The translations under genes were made by a program, and so were the position numbers. A stretch of DNA of 63,368 nt, filler included, from Actinomycetota bacterium (GTDB lineage Bacteria > Actinomycetota > Acidimicrobiia > IMCC26256 > VFJJ01): assembly GCA_009886115.1 (NCBI GenBank). It is 6 parts of 6 records of this genome, joined end to end, with 100 filler letters (N's around TTAATTAATTAA, not from the genome) between each part and the next. Parts side by side here need not be neighbours in the genome. Positions count along the whole stretch, not along the records: positions 1 to 11,300 come from VFJJ01000194.1; 5 more parts are not named here. The stretch is one strand, 5' to 3'. Below, in pieces: positions 1 to 10,333 of the stretch; position 1 is the stretch's first letter; every line of letters starts with the position of its first letter. The notes under the pieces were generated by a model. That model searched no databases. It saw only the letters and a list, made by a program, of their open reading frames with translations, and was not told where the DNA came from.

Positions 1-70
<70 letters not shown>

Positions 71-99
71 CTGCACTGCCGGCGAATCCGGGTGGGGTC

Positions 100-430
100 T
101 CGGCTGGCGACTTCAAATCTTCGCGACTACGGAGTGTGAGCAACTGGCCATGGGCGGACAGAACCTTTCGGCCGCCGACAGCGGCCGATCGGAGCGTCGC
201 GAAACGGCGCTGGGTCGGGCACGTGCAATGGTGGCTCGACCACGACCGCGGTGTCGACGGGCAGGATCCGATCCCGGAACCCCGGCACGGCTGCTGTCGA
301 TGCACGCTCGAGGCAGCGCCCCCTTGGCCGGGTCGCCTCGTTCTGCGAGCCGTACCCCATGTTCGATCTCGTGCATGGTGATCACGGAGATGAACATCAA
401 ACCGCCGGCAGATCGTTTCCGTGACGCTGG
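100..430 (-). pseudogene. Frameshifted PIN-domain (VapC/FitB-like) toxin remnant
   Basis: FISVITMHEIEHGVRLAERGDPAKG, FRDRILPVDTAV..LHVPDPAPFRDAPIG and AHGQLLTLRS lie in different frames; N-terminus missing. Confidence 0.75.
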
Positions 431-466
431 GGTTGGCCGCATCGGCTCGGCGCAGGTACAGAAGCG

Positions 467-1573
467 CTACGACACCTCGGCGGGGTTGACGCCGAGGCCG
501 CCCTGGGCGCTGCTGGCGTAGGCGGCGAGGGCGAAGCGCAACACGTCGACGGCTTCCTCGGCGCTCCACATGAGCGGTCCGGTGCCCGTGCGCAGCCACC
601 GCAGCCAGTGCCGGCCCGAGTCACGGAAGCTGCTCGCCCAATCGTCGTCGAGCGCGTGGAAGCCGCGCATCTCGCCGTCGACGTAGACCTCGAAGCTGGG
701 CTGTTGCACCCCGCGGCCGGTGCAGCGGTTGACCCGGGCGAAGCCCTTGCGGCCGGTGACCTCCCAGCGCTCGTCGTTGGTGTAGTAGTCGGACCGCAGG
801 TACATCTCGGTCGCCAGCGTGATGTCCCACACGCCACGAATGCCGTTCGTGTGCTCCCAGGAGATGCTCGTGGGAGCGTCCATCGAGATGGTCGGGGCGA
901 CCTCTGTGGCCCCGATCCAGGCCCGCACCTCCCTGATGGGGCCGAACAGCCACAGCGCCGTGGCCAGCTTGTGCCAACCGTCGTCGAAGACGAGGATCCC
1001 GCGACCGTTGCGCATCTGTCGGAACTGCCACTCGTAGCTGCTCATCGGGACGTCCCAGCCGCCCCGGCCGCTGGCGACCATCTTCATGTGGTAGCCGCTC
1101 ACGGCGCCGATCTCGCCCGATTCGACGACGGCCTTGAGCTTCCGGATCGGGTCGTAGAACAGGTAGTTCTCCATCACCCTGAGCACACGGTCGTTGCCCA
1201 GCGCCGCCGCCAGCATCAGCTCGGCGCTGGCGAGGTCGTTGCACATCGGCTTCTGCAGGTTGACGTGCCACCCGTGGCCGAGAAGCTCGATGACTCCTTC
1301 GACGTGCACGGGTGCGGGGAGCAGCGCCTCGACCGTGTCGACGGCGATGCCACTGGCGGCCAGCTCGGCGATCGAGGCGAACGTCGCCGCCGCGGGCCAG
1401 TCGCGCTGGCGCTGGAGACGTCGTTCCTCGCTCGGGTCGACCAGCGCCACGACGTCGACGTCGTGGTTGTCGAGGTACGCCCTCACGTTGAGGTCGTAGA
1501 TGCGACCGAGGCCGACGAACGCGGCGCGAACCGGTCGGTCGTACGGAGTGAAGGCCGAGGAGCTCACGCGCAC
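467..1573 (-). CDS. Gfo/Idh/MocA family oxidoreductase
   Basis: AAFVGLGRI Rossmann motif, HVNLQKP, DDGWH. Confidence 0.9.
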   Translation of the reverse strand: MRVSSSAFTPYDRPVRAAFVGLGRIYDLNVRAYLDNHDVDVVALVDPSEERRLQRQRDWPAAATFASIAELAASGIAVDTVEALLPAPVHVEGVIELLGHGWHVNLQKPMCNDLASAELMLAAALGNDRVLRVMENYLFYDPIRKLKAVVESGEIGAVSGYHMKMVASGRGGWDVPMSSYEWQFRQMRNGRGILVFDDGWHKLATALWLFGPIREVRAWIGATEVAPTISMDAPTSISWEHTNGIRGVWDITLATEMYLRSDYYTNDERWEVTGRKGFARVNRCTGRGVQQPSFEVYVDGEMRGFHALDDDWASSFRDSGRHWLRWLRTGTGPLMWSAEEAVDVLRFALAAYASSAQGGLGVNPAEVS

Positions 1574-1574
1574 C

Positions 1575-1952
1575 TCATGTGGGCCGGGTCTCTTGTTGGA
1601 GCTCGATCGTGTTCCCGGCCGGGTCGACGATCCAGATCTGGACGGTCCCCGCGCCCTGGACGCCGCGCTCGTGCTCGATGCCCCGCTCGTCGAGCTCGCG
1701 CACGGCCGCCTCGATGTCGTCGACGGTCACACAGACGTGATGCGCCCTCGAGTCGATGGGCGTCCCCCGTGGAGGAGCACCGACGAGGTGCAGCTGCAGC
1801 TCGCCGACCGAGTGCCAGTGGCCGGGAACACCGGGGATGTCGGGCCGGGCCAGATCTTCGAGGCCCAGCACGTCGCGGTAGAACGCGACCATCTCGTCGA
1901 GCGAGGCGCCTTCGGTGTTCACCGACACGTGATGCACACGCCGCGCCTTCAT
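1575..1952 (-). CDS. VOC/glyoxalase family protein
   Basis: HHVSV..FYRDVLGL..HHVCVTVDD..DPAGNTIELQ. Confidence 0.9.
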   Translation of the reverse strand: MKARRVHHVSVNTEGASLDEMVAFYRDVLGLEDLARPDIPGVPGHWHSVGELQLHLVGAPPRGTPIDSRAHHVCVTVDDIEAAVRELDERGIEHERGVQGAGTVQIWIVDPAGNTIELQQETRPT

Positions 1953-2359
1953 CGCGGGGCTCCGGCAGACCCGGGAGCGTGCGGCCCCGGTTCGAGCTGC
2001 TCCATGAACTCGAGCCGGATCCCGCCGGGGGCAGCCACGAAGGCGATCCGGCGGCGGCCGAACGTACCCTCGACGACGTCCGGACCCCAGATGACCTCGT
2101 GCCCGACGATCTCGGCGTCGAGATCGTCGGTGAACAGGGCCGGATGGAGGAACCCTTCGGCGGGCAGCGACACGCGGTCTTCGTAGATCGCCTGCGTGAA
2201 CAAGGTGATCATGACCGGGCCGAGGAACGCGTCGGCCCGTTCACCGTCGCGCCAGGTCATCCGGTCGCGTATCTCGCCGCCCGCAGCCACGTAGAAGTCG
2301 CACGCGGCATCGAGGTCGGCGACCTTCACCGCGATGTTCGCCAATCCCGTGACTGCCAT
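1949..2359 (-). CDS. VOC/glyoxalase family protein
   Basis: NIAVKVADLDAACDFY..APGGIRLEFME; ATG at 2359 with GGAG RBS; 4-nt overlap with next gene. Confidence 0.85.
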   Translation of the reverse strand: MAVTGLANIAVKVADLDAACDFYVAAGGEIRDRMTWRDGERADAFLGPVMITLFTQAIYEDRVSLPAEGFLHPALFTDDLDAEIVGHEVIWGPDVVEGTFGRRRIAFVAAPGGIRLEFMEQLEPGPHAPGSAGAPR

Positions 2360-2588
2360 CGTTCTCCCGGTCGGTCGACGTTGAGCGCCGGTGATGGTAT
2401 CGACGGGGTCGGCCCGCGGCCACCGACCCCGAATCGGGTACGTCCAGCGTGCGCTCGATGCGCGACGCAGCCCAGGGGACGTCCGACACGACACCGCTCC
2501 GTTCTTTGCGTCCACGGTCATCCCTGGAGCGGCCTGAGACACAAAGAAGCGGGTGCAGTCGGCCATCGCGGTCCGGCATGATGTGTCG

Positions 2589-4028
2589 ATGGCTGAGGCC
2601 GTGCGGAGCGACGACCAGCGAGATCCCGAGCCGTTCGATGCTGTGGTCATCGGCGGAGGTGTGGTCGGCACGGCCGTCCTCCGGTCCTTGTCGCGCTCGG
2701 GGTTTCGGCGCGTGGCCCTGGTCGAGGCCGCGCCCGACATCGGAGCCGGGACGAGCAAGGCCAACACGGCGATCCTCCACACCGGCTTCGACGCCACGCC
2801 GGGCACGCTCGAGGCGGCGCTGGTCGCTCGGGGCTACCGATTGCTCGGCGACTACGCCGCGGCGACGGGGATCGCCCTCGAACGCACCGGAGCGGTGCTC
2901 GTGGCGTGGGACGACGAGCAGCTCGAGCGGCTGCCCTCCCTGCACGAACGGGCCGAGGCCAACGGCTACCGCGAGTGCCGGCGCCTGAGCCGAGGCGAGG
3001 TCTACGGGCTCGAGCCCCACCTGGGCCCGGGAGTCCTTGGCGGCATGTCGGTGCCCGGCGAGGCCATCATCGACCCGTGGAGCCCGGTGTTCGCCTTCGC
3101 CGCCGAGGCGATGCGCAACGGCGCGCAGGTCATGCGATCCCTGCCGGTACTGGCGATCACGAGTGGCGGCCCCCACGGCAGCCGCTGGGCGATCGAGACG
3201 CCGAGCCGGGTGCTCACGACCGACTGGCTCGTCAACGCGGCCGGGCTGCGCTCCGACGAGATTGACCGGATGATCGACACGGCGACCGGGCGCGGGGTGG
3301 GCGGCGTGCGCAGCGGAGCGTTCACGGTGACACCCCGCCGGGGCGAGCTGATCGTGTACGACAAGCTCGCCCGTCCCCTGGTGAACCACATCGTGCTCCC
3401 CGTGCCGAGCGCGTCGACCAAGGGTGTGCTGGTTTCCCCGACCGTGTTCGGGAACGTGATGGTCGGGCCGACCGCCGAGGACATCACCGACAAGGACGAC
3501 CGATCGACCACGGCGGCCGGTGTGGCTGCGCTCGTCGCGTACGCCCGGCGCATCATCCCGGACTTGGCCGGCGAGGAGATCACGGCCACGTACACCGGGC
3601 TGCGGGCGGCCACCGAGCATGCCGACTACCAGATCGTCGTCGACCGCGAGCGGCGTTACGCGTGCATCGGCGGGATCCGCTCGACCGGTCTCACGGCCAG
3701 CTTGGCCATCGCCGAGCATGTCGTCGCCGAGATGGGCGCAGGCGGTGAGCGATCTCCCGGCGAGCTGGCCCCACCGCCGCGGATGGCCAACCTGGGTGAG
3801 GCGACGACCCGGCGCTACCAGACCTCCGGGTGCGGGCCGATCGTGTGCCACTGCGAACGGGTGACCCGCAGCGAGATCCTCGAAGCGATGGCCGGTGAGC
3901 TCCCTCCCGTCGACCTCGACGGCCTACGCCGGCGTACCCGGACCCTGGCCGGTCGGTGCCAGGGCTTCTTCTGCCTCGCCGACGTGACGTCGCTGTTCAC
4001 CTCGTCCCCCGTCCGGGCGTCGCATTGA
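2589..4028 (+). CDS. FAD-dependent oxidoreductase (GlpA/LhgO-like) with C-terminal BFD-like [2Fe-2S] domain
   Basis: VIGGGVVG, TSKANTAILHTGFD, CHCERVT..GRCQGFFC. Confidence 0.9.
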   Translation: MAEAVRSDDQRDPEPFDAVVIGGGVVGTAVLRSLSRSGFRRVALVEAAPDIGAGTSKANTAILHTGFDATPGTLEAALVARGYRLLGDYAAATGIALERTGAVLVAWDDEQLERLPSLHERAEANGYRECRRLSRGEVYGLEPHLGPGVLGGMSVPGEAIIDPWSPVFAFAAEAMRNGAQVMRSLPVLAITSGGPHGSRWAIETPSRVLTTDWLVNAAGLRSDEIDRMIDTATGRGVGGVRSGAFTVTPRRGELIVYDKLARPLVNHIVLPVPSASTKGVLVSPTVFGNVMVGPTAEDITDKDDRSTTAAGVAALVAYARRIIPDLAGEEITATYTGLRAATEHADYQIVVDRERRYACIGGIRSTGLTASLAIAEHVVAEMGAGGERSPGELAPPPRMANLGEATTRRYQTSGCGPIVCHCERVTRSEILEAMAGELPPVDLDGLRRRTRTLAGRCQGFFCLADVTSLFTSSPVRASH

Positions 4029-5401
4029 GCAGCCCGACCTTCGACGTGGTGGTCGTCGGCGGTGGCCCGTCGGGCCTGGCCGCGGCGACCGCGCTGCGCC
4101 AGCAGGGTGCGGGACGGGTCGCGGTGCTCGAACGCGAGCGCGACGCCGGCGGGACGCCACGCCACAGCGCCCACACCGGGTTCGGGGTGCGCGACCTCCA
4201 TCGAGTGATGAGCGGCCCTCGCTATGCCTCGACGCTGGTGGCGCGGGCCCGGCAGTGGGGCGTCGACCTCCTGTGCGCCACGACGGTCACGGGCTGGGCG
4301 TCCGGCGAGCCCCGGACGGGCGACGCGATCCGTGCGGGGGGCTGGACGTCCGGCGGTACCGCGGCGGGCGACGCGATCAGCGACTCCGACGACGCCGGGC
4401 CCGCGGGTCACGCCCCAACGAGCACGGGCGGGCAACGCCTCACGATCGCCAGTGCCGACGGTCCGGGCGAGATCACGGCGTCGGCGGTCGTGTTGGCCAC
4501 CGGATGTCGCGAGCGCCCGCGGGCGGCCCGCGCGGTTGCCGGCGATCGCCCGGGGCGGGGAGTCCTGACCACGGGAGCCTTGCAGCAGTTGGCGATGAAC
4601 GCGATGACGCAGGCACAAGTAGGCCGCCGTGCCGTGGTGGTAGGCGCCGAGCACGTGTCGTTCTCAGCGGTCATGACCCTGGCGCATGCCGGATGTCGGA
4701 CGGTGGCGCTGGTCACCGAGCACCGTCGCCACCAGACCTTCGCGACGGCGCGCGTCGGCGCGGCCCTCCGGTGGCGGGCGCCCGTCCACACGAGCTCGCG
4801 GGTGACCGCGATCATCGGCCGGCACGGCACCGTCGAAGCGGTCGAGATCACCGAAATCGGCACCGCCCGCGTTCGGCGGATCGAGTGCGACACGGTCGTG
4901 TTCAGCGGCGACTGGATTCCCGATCACGAGCTGGCCCGCATCGGCAGGCTGACGATCGACCCCGGGTCACGCGGCCCTGTCACCGACCAGGGCGGGCACA
5001 CGTCTCGCGAGGGTGTCTTCGCCGTGGGGAACCTCGTGCATCCGGCTGAGGCGGCCGACGTGTGCTCCCTGGCCGGACGGGCCGTGGCCCCGGCCGTCGT
5101 GGCGTATCTGAGGGGCGGGTCCTGGCCCGCGGCTCCCGTCGCCATCGTCTGCGATGCGCCGCTGCTGTGGGTGGCTCCTGGCGCGATCACGCTCGGGCTC
5201 GGACCGCCGGGGCGTCACCGGCTCATCGCTCGAGTCGACCAGCTCGTGCGGTCGGCGCAGCTCGTGGTGGAACAGGACGGGCGGCTCCTCGACCGCCAGC
5301 GCCTCGGACGGTTGGTGCCGACCCGTCCGGTCGAGATCGACGCCGGCTGGATGGCCGGCGTCGACGCCGCTGCCGGTCCCGTCACCATGCGCCTGCGCTA
5401 A
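4025..5401 (+). CDS. FAD/NAD(P)-dependent pyridine nucleotide-disulfide oxidoreductase family protein
   Basis: TTG start overlapping upstream stop; VVGGGPSG, ATGCRER, TSREGVFAVGN; carries a low-complexity insertion of about 40 aa. Confidence 0.85.
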   Translation: MSSPTFDVVVVGGGPSGLAAATALRQQGAGRVAVLERERDAGGTPRHSAHTGFGVRDLHRVMSGPRYASTLVARARQWGVDLLCATTVTGWASGEPRTGDAIRAGGWTSGGTAAGDAISDSDDAGPAGHAPTSTGGQRLTIASADGPGEITASAVVLATGCRERPRAARAVAGDRPGRGVLTTGALQQLAMNAMTQAQVGRRAVVVGAEHVSFSAVMTLAHAGCRTVALVTEHRRHQTFATARVGAALRWRAPVHTSSRVTAIIGRHGTVEAVEITEIGTARVRRIECDTVVFSGDWIPDHELARIGRLTIDPGSRGPVTDQGGHTSREGVFAVGNLVHPAEAADVCSLAGRAVAPAVVAYLRGGSWPAAPVAIVCDAPLLWVAPGAITLGLGPPGRHRLIARVDQLVRSAQLVVEQDGRLLDRQRLGRLVPTRPVEIDAGWMAGVDAAAGPVTMRLR

Positions 5402-5493
5402 CCCGTCCCGCCTCGTCCCGTGACCCTCCGCCTGCCCTCACCCGTCCCGGGCATCACTGCCAGGGGTCGATCGTAGGGGCCCTACCCGGTCGG

Positions 5494-6435
5494 TCACGGG
5501 AAGGCGATGACGAACCGGCCGCGGGCGCCGCCGGCCTCGAGGCGGCGATGGGCCTCGGAAGCAGCCGAGGCGTCGATCACGGCCGCCACTCGCAAGCTCA
5601 GCGCCCCGGCCTCGACCTGAGCACGGAGCCGGTCGAGCAGGTCGGCCCGGCGGTCGTACTCACGCACCCAGGCGGTGTGGAAGGTGATGGTGCGCTCGCC
5701 GGTTCCCGCCCAGCCCCGTACCGAGGCGTACGCGCCGCCGTCTCTGATGGCGCTCACGACGAGCTCGTTCTGCACCGACCCGTCGGCGAGGCCGTCGACG
5801 CCTCCCGGGCAGGCGGCGAGGATGCTCGCCGCGACGTCATCGCCGCGGGGCACCACGATGTCGGCACCCAGCCTGCGCACGAGCGCCTCGTCGACGGCCG
5901 ACGCATCGGCGACGACGCGCAATCCGTCGGCCTTGGCCAGCTCGACGACGTATCCGCCGTAACAGCCCGCCGCGCCCGTCACGGCGAGGGTCTGGCCCGG
6001 CCGCAGCGCCAACTGGTCGAGCGACAGGCGAGCCGTGAGCCCGTTCATGGGCAACGTCGAGGCTTCGGCGTGGCTCGACCCGACGGGAGCCCGAGCCACG
6101 GCGTCGGCCCACAGCACGAGGCTCTCGCGGTAGGCGCCATGACTCGCCTTGGGGATCACCATGGCCATGACGGCGTCGCCCACCGAGAGGTCGGTCTCGG
6201 TGCCGTCGCCGATCTCGTCGATCACGCCCGCCGCGTCCATACCCGGGATGTACGGCGGGGGATCCTTGGCGAGCGCCGCAGCCCGCGATCCGATGCGGTG
6301 ATGGGTGTCGGTGGGGCTCACCGCAGCCGCGTGCACCCTGATGCGCACCTGTCCAGGACCGGCGTTCACCTCGTCGAGCTCGACGAGACGCAGCACCTCC
6401 GGCCCACCGAACTCGACGACCCCGACTCCACGCAT
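5494..6435 (-). CDS. NADP-dependent MDR-family (quinone) oxidoreductase
   Basis: [27 protein letters not shown]. Confidence 0.9.
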   Translation of the reverse strand: MRGVGVVEFGGPEVLRLVELDEVNAGPGQVRIRVHAAAVSPTDTHHRIGSRAAALAKDPPPYIPGMDAAGVIDEIGDGTETDLSVGDAVMAMVIPKASHGAYRESLVLWADAVARAPVGSSHAEASTLPMNGLTARLSLDQLALRPGQTLAVTGAAGCYGGYVVELAKADGLRVVADASAVDEALVRRLGADIVVPRGDDVAASILAACPGGVDGLADGSVQNELVVSAIRDGGAYASVRGWAGTGERTITFHTAWVREYDRRADLLDRLRAQVEAGALSLRVAAVIDASAASEAHRRLEAGGARGRFVIAFP

Positions 6436-6548
6436 GGCTTGCCCCCAGGCCGGTCGCGACCCCCGCGGGTCTGCGTTGGAGCCAAGCTTGGCGCACTCGC
6501 CGATGCGATGTGTTGCCGCCCGCTGAGGGCAGGCGTGAGACTCGGGAC

Positions 6549-7595
6549 GTGCCCACCGAAGACATGGCGTTCCTCGACCTGTTCGACGATTCCCCCGAGG
6601 CGCTGTACGAGCTCTTCGAGGCCCGGGGTTGGGGCGACGGCCTGCCGTTGGTGGCCCCGACCGAGGATCGGGTCGCCGCCATGCTGGGGGCCTGCGCCGG
6701 TCGCGACCCTGACGAGGTCGTGGCCGTGCTCGCACCCCGGTTCGGCAAGGCCACCCGGCGCTCGATCGCCGTCAACGCCGTGCTCGCCGGATGCCGGCCC
6801 GAGTGGATGCCCGTGCTGGTGACGGCGATCCGGGCGCTGGGTGTGCCCCGGGTGAACCTCCGGGGCGTGAACGCCACCACCCACCCCGTGTCGGTTTTGA
6901 CGATCGTGCACGGCCGAGCCGTCGACGATCTCGGCTTCAACAGCGGCCTGGGCGTGTTCGGCCCCGGCAACCGGGCCAACGCCACGGTCGGGCGAGCCGT
7001 GCGCTTGGTGTTGCTCCACGTCGCCGGGGCGTCTCCGGGGACCGGCGATGCGTCGACCCAGGGGCAACCGTCGAAGTACACCTACTGCGTCGGCGAGAAC
7101 GTCGCTGCGTCGCCCTGGGGCGGCTACCACCGCAGCGCCGGTGTCGACGCCGAGTCGGCCGTCACCGTCCACTGCGGCGAGAACCCCCACAACTTCCACG
7201 ACATGGAGTCCGACGAACCGGCCGGCATCCTCGAAAAGGCCGCGTCGGCCATGGCGTCATTGGGGATGAACAACGCCTGTATCTCCGAGGGTGAGTTCTT
7301 CGTGGCGCTGTGCCCCGAGCACGCAGCCACCATCGCCGCCGCCGGTTGGTCTCGAGCCGACGTGTCGGCGTACCTGTACGAGCGGGCCCGCCTGCCGGCG
7401 TCGGCCTTCCGCGAGGCCTTCGCGAATCGGCGCTGGCGCCCGTGGATGCACTCCGTGCCCGATGACCATCTCCTGCCCATGACCGACAGCCCCGACAACG
7501 TCAAGGTGTTCGTCGCCGGCGGCGCCGGCAAGCACTCGTGCGTCATCCCGTCGTGGGGCGTGACCACGTCGGTCACGCTGGCCCTCGAACCGTGA
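6549..7595 (+). CDS. Conserved hypothetical protein, probable partner of the UGSC-type selenoprotein
   Basis: Intact ORF with GC3 bias; motifs GWGDGLPLVAPT, NATTHP, GNRANATVGRAVRL, QGQPSKYTYC, GGAGKHS. Confidence 0.85.
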   Translation: MPTEDMAFLDLFDDSPEALYELFEARGWGDGLPLVAPTEDRVAAMLGACAGRDPDEVVAVLAPRFGKATRRSIAVNAVLAGCRPEWMPVLVTAIRALGVPRVNLRGVNATTHPVSVLTIVHGRAVDDLGFNSGLGVFGPGNRANATVGRAVRLVLLHVAGASPGTGDASTQGQPSKYTYCVGENVAASPWGGYHRSAGVDAESAVTVHCGENPHNFHDMESDEPAGILEKAASAMASLGMNNACISEGEFFVALCPEHAATIAAAGWSRADVSAYLYERARLPASAFREAFANRRWRPWMHSVPDDHLLPMTDSPDNVKVFVAGGAGKHSCVIPSWGVTTSVTLALEP

Positions 7596-7633
7596 GCTCC
7601 CCCGGGCCCCCGGGCCCGCCTCGGCCTACGGAA

Positions 7634-7672
7634 CATCGCAATCATCGCAATCATCTCGATCGTCTCGATCAT
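7634..7672. repeat. Degenerate 9-nt tandem repeat (ATCGCAATC / ATCTCGATC) upstream of the UGSC gene RBS
   Basis: atcgcaatc atcgcaatc atctcgatc gtctcgatc. Confidence 0.7.
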
Positions 7673-7695
7673 TCATTGGTCGCAAAGGAGAAGCT

Positions 7696-8220
7696 GTGAT
7701 TCGCATCCTGTCCCCCGAAGGTGACGTCGGAACCCCGCCGGCCGAGTTGGCTCCGGCCCCGACCGTCCTGACCGGTCGCCGGATCGTCGTGCTCGACAAC
7801 GGAAAACCCAACGCCCGCTTGGTCATGGAGCACGTCGCCCGTCGTCTCGCCGAGCGGACGGGCGCCGTGGTCGGCACGACGGTGGCCAAGCGGGGCGGCG
7901 CCGCCACGCCCTCCGACGACGACGAGCTCGCCGCGGTTCGAGCCAGTGCCGATCTCGTGCTCACGGGATCGGCCGATTGAGGATCGTGCACGTCGTGGAG
8001 TGTCCACGACCTCGTCGAGCTGGAGAAGAGCGGTATCCCGACCGTCGTCGTCACCACGACGCACTTCGAGACCCTCACCCGAACGGTGGCATCGAGCTTC
8101 GGTCTGGCCCGAGCCCGAACTGCGGTGATGGAACACCCGTTGGGCGGCACGGCTGAACACCTGCTGCTCGCCCGGGCCGACGCCATCGTCGACCGGGTGC
8201 TCGAGCTCCTGACCACCTAG
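7696..8220 (+). CDS. UGSC-family selenoprotein, 174 aa, Sec at TGA 7978-7980
   Basis: AAGGAG RBS and GTG start; frame continues past TGA as D-U-G-S-C-T-S-W-S-V-H-D..LEKSGIPTV..EHPLGG to TAG 8218-8220, 12 nt before the next gene; hairpin after the TGA. Confidence 0.85.
7992..8010 (+). promoter_or_regulatory. Putative bacterial SECIS hairpin
   Basis: GTCGTGGA-GTG-TCCACGAC perfect 8-bp stem starting 11 nt after the in-frame TGA, with GU in the loop. Confidence 0.7.
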
Positions 8221-8232
8221 CGCTGGCGAGGA

Positions 8233-9180
8233 ATGCCCATGAGAGCCGTGAGGAACACCACCGACGGGATCAAGGTGGTGCAAGTCCCGTCCCCCGAGCC
8301 GGCGCCCGGGAGCGACGGCGTTCGCATCAGGATCCGTAGCGCCAGCATCTGTGGCACCGACCTCAACATGCTCGCCATGGGGCCGGCCGACTACACGATC
8401 GGCCACGAGTTCGGCGGCGAGCTGCCCGACGGCACGCCGGTGGCCATCGAGCCCATCGCCCCCTGCCACGAGTGCGACCAGTGCCGGGCCGGGGTCTCGA
8501 ACCGGTGCCGGAACTTCACGAACTACGGGATCTTCTGGGACGGCGGCCTGGCTGACGAGATCATCGTCGACCCCCACTGCCTCGTTCCCTTGCCCCGGGC
8601 GCTCCCGGTGGCCAACGCCGCCTTGTGCGAGCCGGCATCGGTGGCCTTGCACGGCATCCGGCGGGCGTCGACCCAGGGTGGCGAGCGGGTGGCGATCGTC
8701 GGCGGAGGCTCGATCGGCCTGCTCGCCGCGGCGGCAGCTCGACGTCTCGGCTGCGAGGTCGACGTGGTCGCGCGGCATCCGGCCCAGCTGGCCGCGGCCG
8801 AGAAGATCGGCGTGGGTCGCTCGACCAGCGGCGAGTACGACGTGGTCGTCGATGCTGCCGGATCGGCGTCGGCGGTGGCCGCCGCGTGTGACCTGGCTCG
8901 CCCGGGAGCCCGGCTCGTGCTCCTCGGCGTGTACTTCGACATGGTCCCGCTGCCGGGCACGACCTCGCTCGTCAAGGAGCTCACGATCCTCCAGTCGATG
9001 GCGTACTGCCGTCACGCCGGCGGTCGCGACTTCGACAACGCGGCGATCATGTTGGCCGAGCAGCCCGAGATCGCCGAGGCCATCGTCACGCACCGCTTCG
9101 GTCTCGACGATGCCCCCGAGGCCTTCCGGGTCGCTGCCGACCGGGCTGCCGGCGCGATCAAGGTCGTGCTCGAGCCGTGA
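8233..9180 (+). CDS. Zn-dependent alcohol dehydrogenase (MDR family)
   Basis: ICGTD, GHE, CHECDQC..NRC, VGGGSIG. Confidence 0.92.
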   Translation: MPMRAVRNTTDGIKVVQVPSPEPAPGSDGVRIRIRSASICGTDLNMLAMGPADYTIGHEFGGELPDGTPVAIEPIAPCHECDQCRAGVSNRCRNFTNYGIFWDGGLADEIIVDPHCLVPLPRALPVANAALCEPASVALHGIRRASTQGGERVAIVGGGSIGLLAAAAARRLGCEVDVVARHPAQLAAAEKIGVGRSTSGEYDVVVDAAGSASAVAAACDLARPGARLVLLGVYFDMVPLPGTTSLVKELTILQSMAYCRHAGGRDFDNAAIMLAEQPEIAEAIVTHRFGLDDAPEAFRVAADRAAGAIKVVLEP

Positions 9181-9232
9181 TGTCGGAGCCGAGGGCGTTG
9201 GAGTCGAGGGCGACGAGCTGGGGAGGGAACTG

Positions 9233-10315
9233 ATGGCTGGTACGTGTCACGCCGCGGTGTTCACGGGCGAGGGGGCGTTCGAGGTTCGCGAGTTCCCGAT
9301 CCCCGACCCTCCGCCGGGCGGCGCGGTGTTGCGCACCGAAGCCGTCGGCCTCTGCGGCAGCGACATCGCCCAGTTCCACGGCACGAGGCTCACGCCGAGC
9401 TCGATCTTCCCGACGATTCCCGGTCACGAGATCGTGGGGCGCATCGAGAAGCTCTCACCCGAGGCGGCCGCGTCCTGGCGCGTGCGCGAAGGCGATCGGG
9501 TGGCCGTCGACGAGGTGCTCGTCTGCGGCACCTGCCTCGGCTGCGCCGCTGACGAGATGTGCCATCGCTTGAGGGTCTACGGCTACGAGTTCTCGGCTGA
9601 CGAGGCCCCGTACCTCTTCGGCGGGTACGGCGAGTACATGGTGCTGCTGCCCAACACCCGTCTGTACAAGCTTCCCGACGACATCCCGGCCGACGAGCTC
9701 ACCCTGTTCGAGCCTCTGGCCAACTCCATGAACTGGGTGGGCTGCATCAGGCCCGGCGACACGGTCGTGGTGCAAGGTCCGGGCCATCAGGGGCTCACGT
9801 GCGTCGTTGCCGCCAAGGCCGCCGGTGCCGGGCGCATCATCGTCACCGGAACCTCCGACGACCGGCTGCGCTTCGCTGCGGCGCTCGCCATCGGTGCCAG
9901 CGACACCATCGCCGTCGATGTCGAGAACGCCGTCGAGCGGGTGGGGGAGATCACCGGCGGACGGATGGCCGACGTGGTGATGGATGTCGCCTCGGTCACC
10001 CAGACGGTCAACCTGGCGCTCGAGCTGGTGCGGGCCCGCGGTCACGTCGTGCTCGCCGGGCTGAAGCACTTCACCCCGAACCCGGGCCTCGTGACCGACT
10101 GGATTCCCTTGAAGGGACTGACGATCCACGGTGGCTGCGGCTTCACCCCCGACTCGATGCAGCGCGCCGTCGATCTTCTCGCCAGCCGGTCGGTCGACAC
10201 CTCCACGTTGCTCGGCGAGGTCTACACGCTCGCTGAGATCGACCGGGCCATGCAGGTGCTGGCCCGTACCATTCCCGGCCACGACGCGGTCCGCGTCGGG
10301 CTGAAGCTCAGCTGA
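9233..10315 (+). CDS. Zn-dependent alcohol dehydrogenase (MDR family)
   Basis: LCGSD, PGHE, CGTCLGC..C, QGPGHQG; GGAGG RBS before ATG 9233. Confidence 0.92.
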   Translation: MAGTCHAAVFTGEGAFEVREFPIPDPPPGGAVLRTEAVGLCGSDIAQFHGTRLTPSSIFPTIPGHEIVGRIEKLSPEAAASWRVREGDRVAVDEVLVCGTCLGCAADEMCHRLRVYGYEFSADEAPYLFGGYGEYMVLLPNTRLYKLPDDIPADELTLFEPLANSMNWVGCIRPGDTVVVQGPGHQGLTCVVAAKAAGAGRIIVTGTSDDRLRFAAALAIGASDTIAVDVENAVERVGEITGGRMADVVMDVASVTQTVNLALELVRARGHVVLAGLKHFTPNPGLVTDWIPLKGLTIHGGCGFTPDSMQRAVDLLASRSVDTSTLLGEVYTLAEIDRAMQVLARTIPGHDAVRVGLKLS

Positions 10316-10333
10316 GCTACGGAAGGCGCTCCC

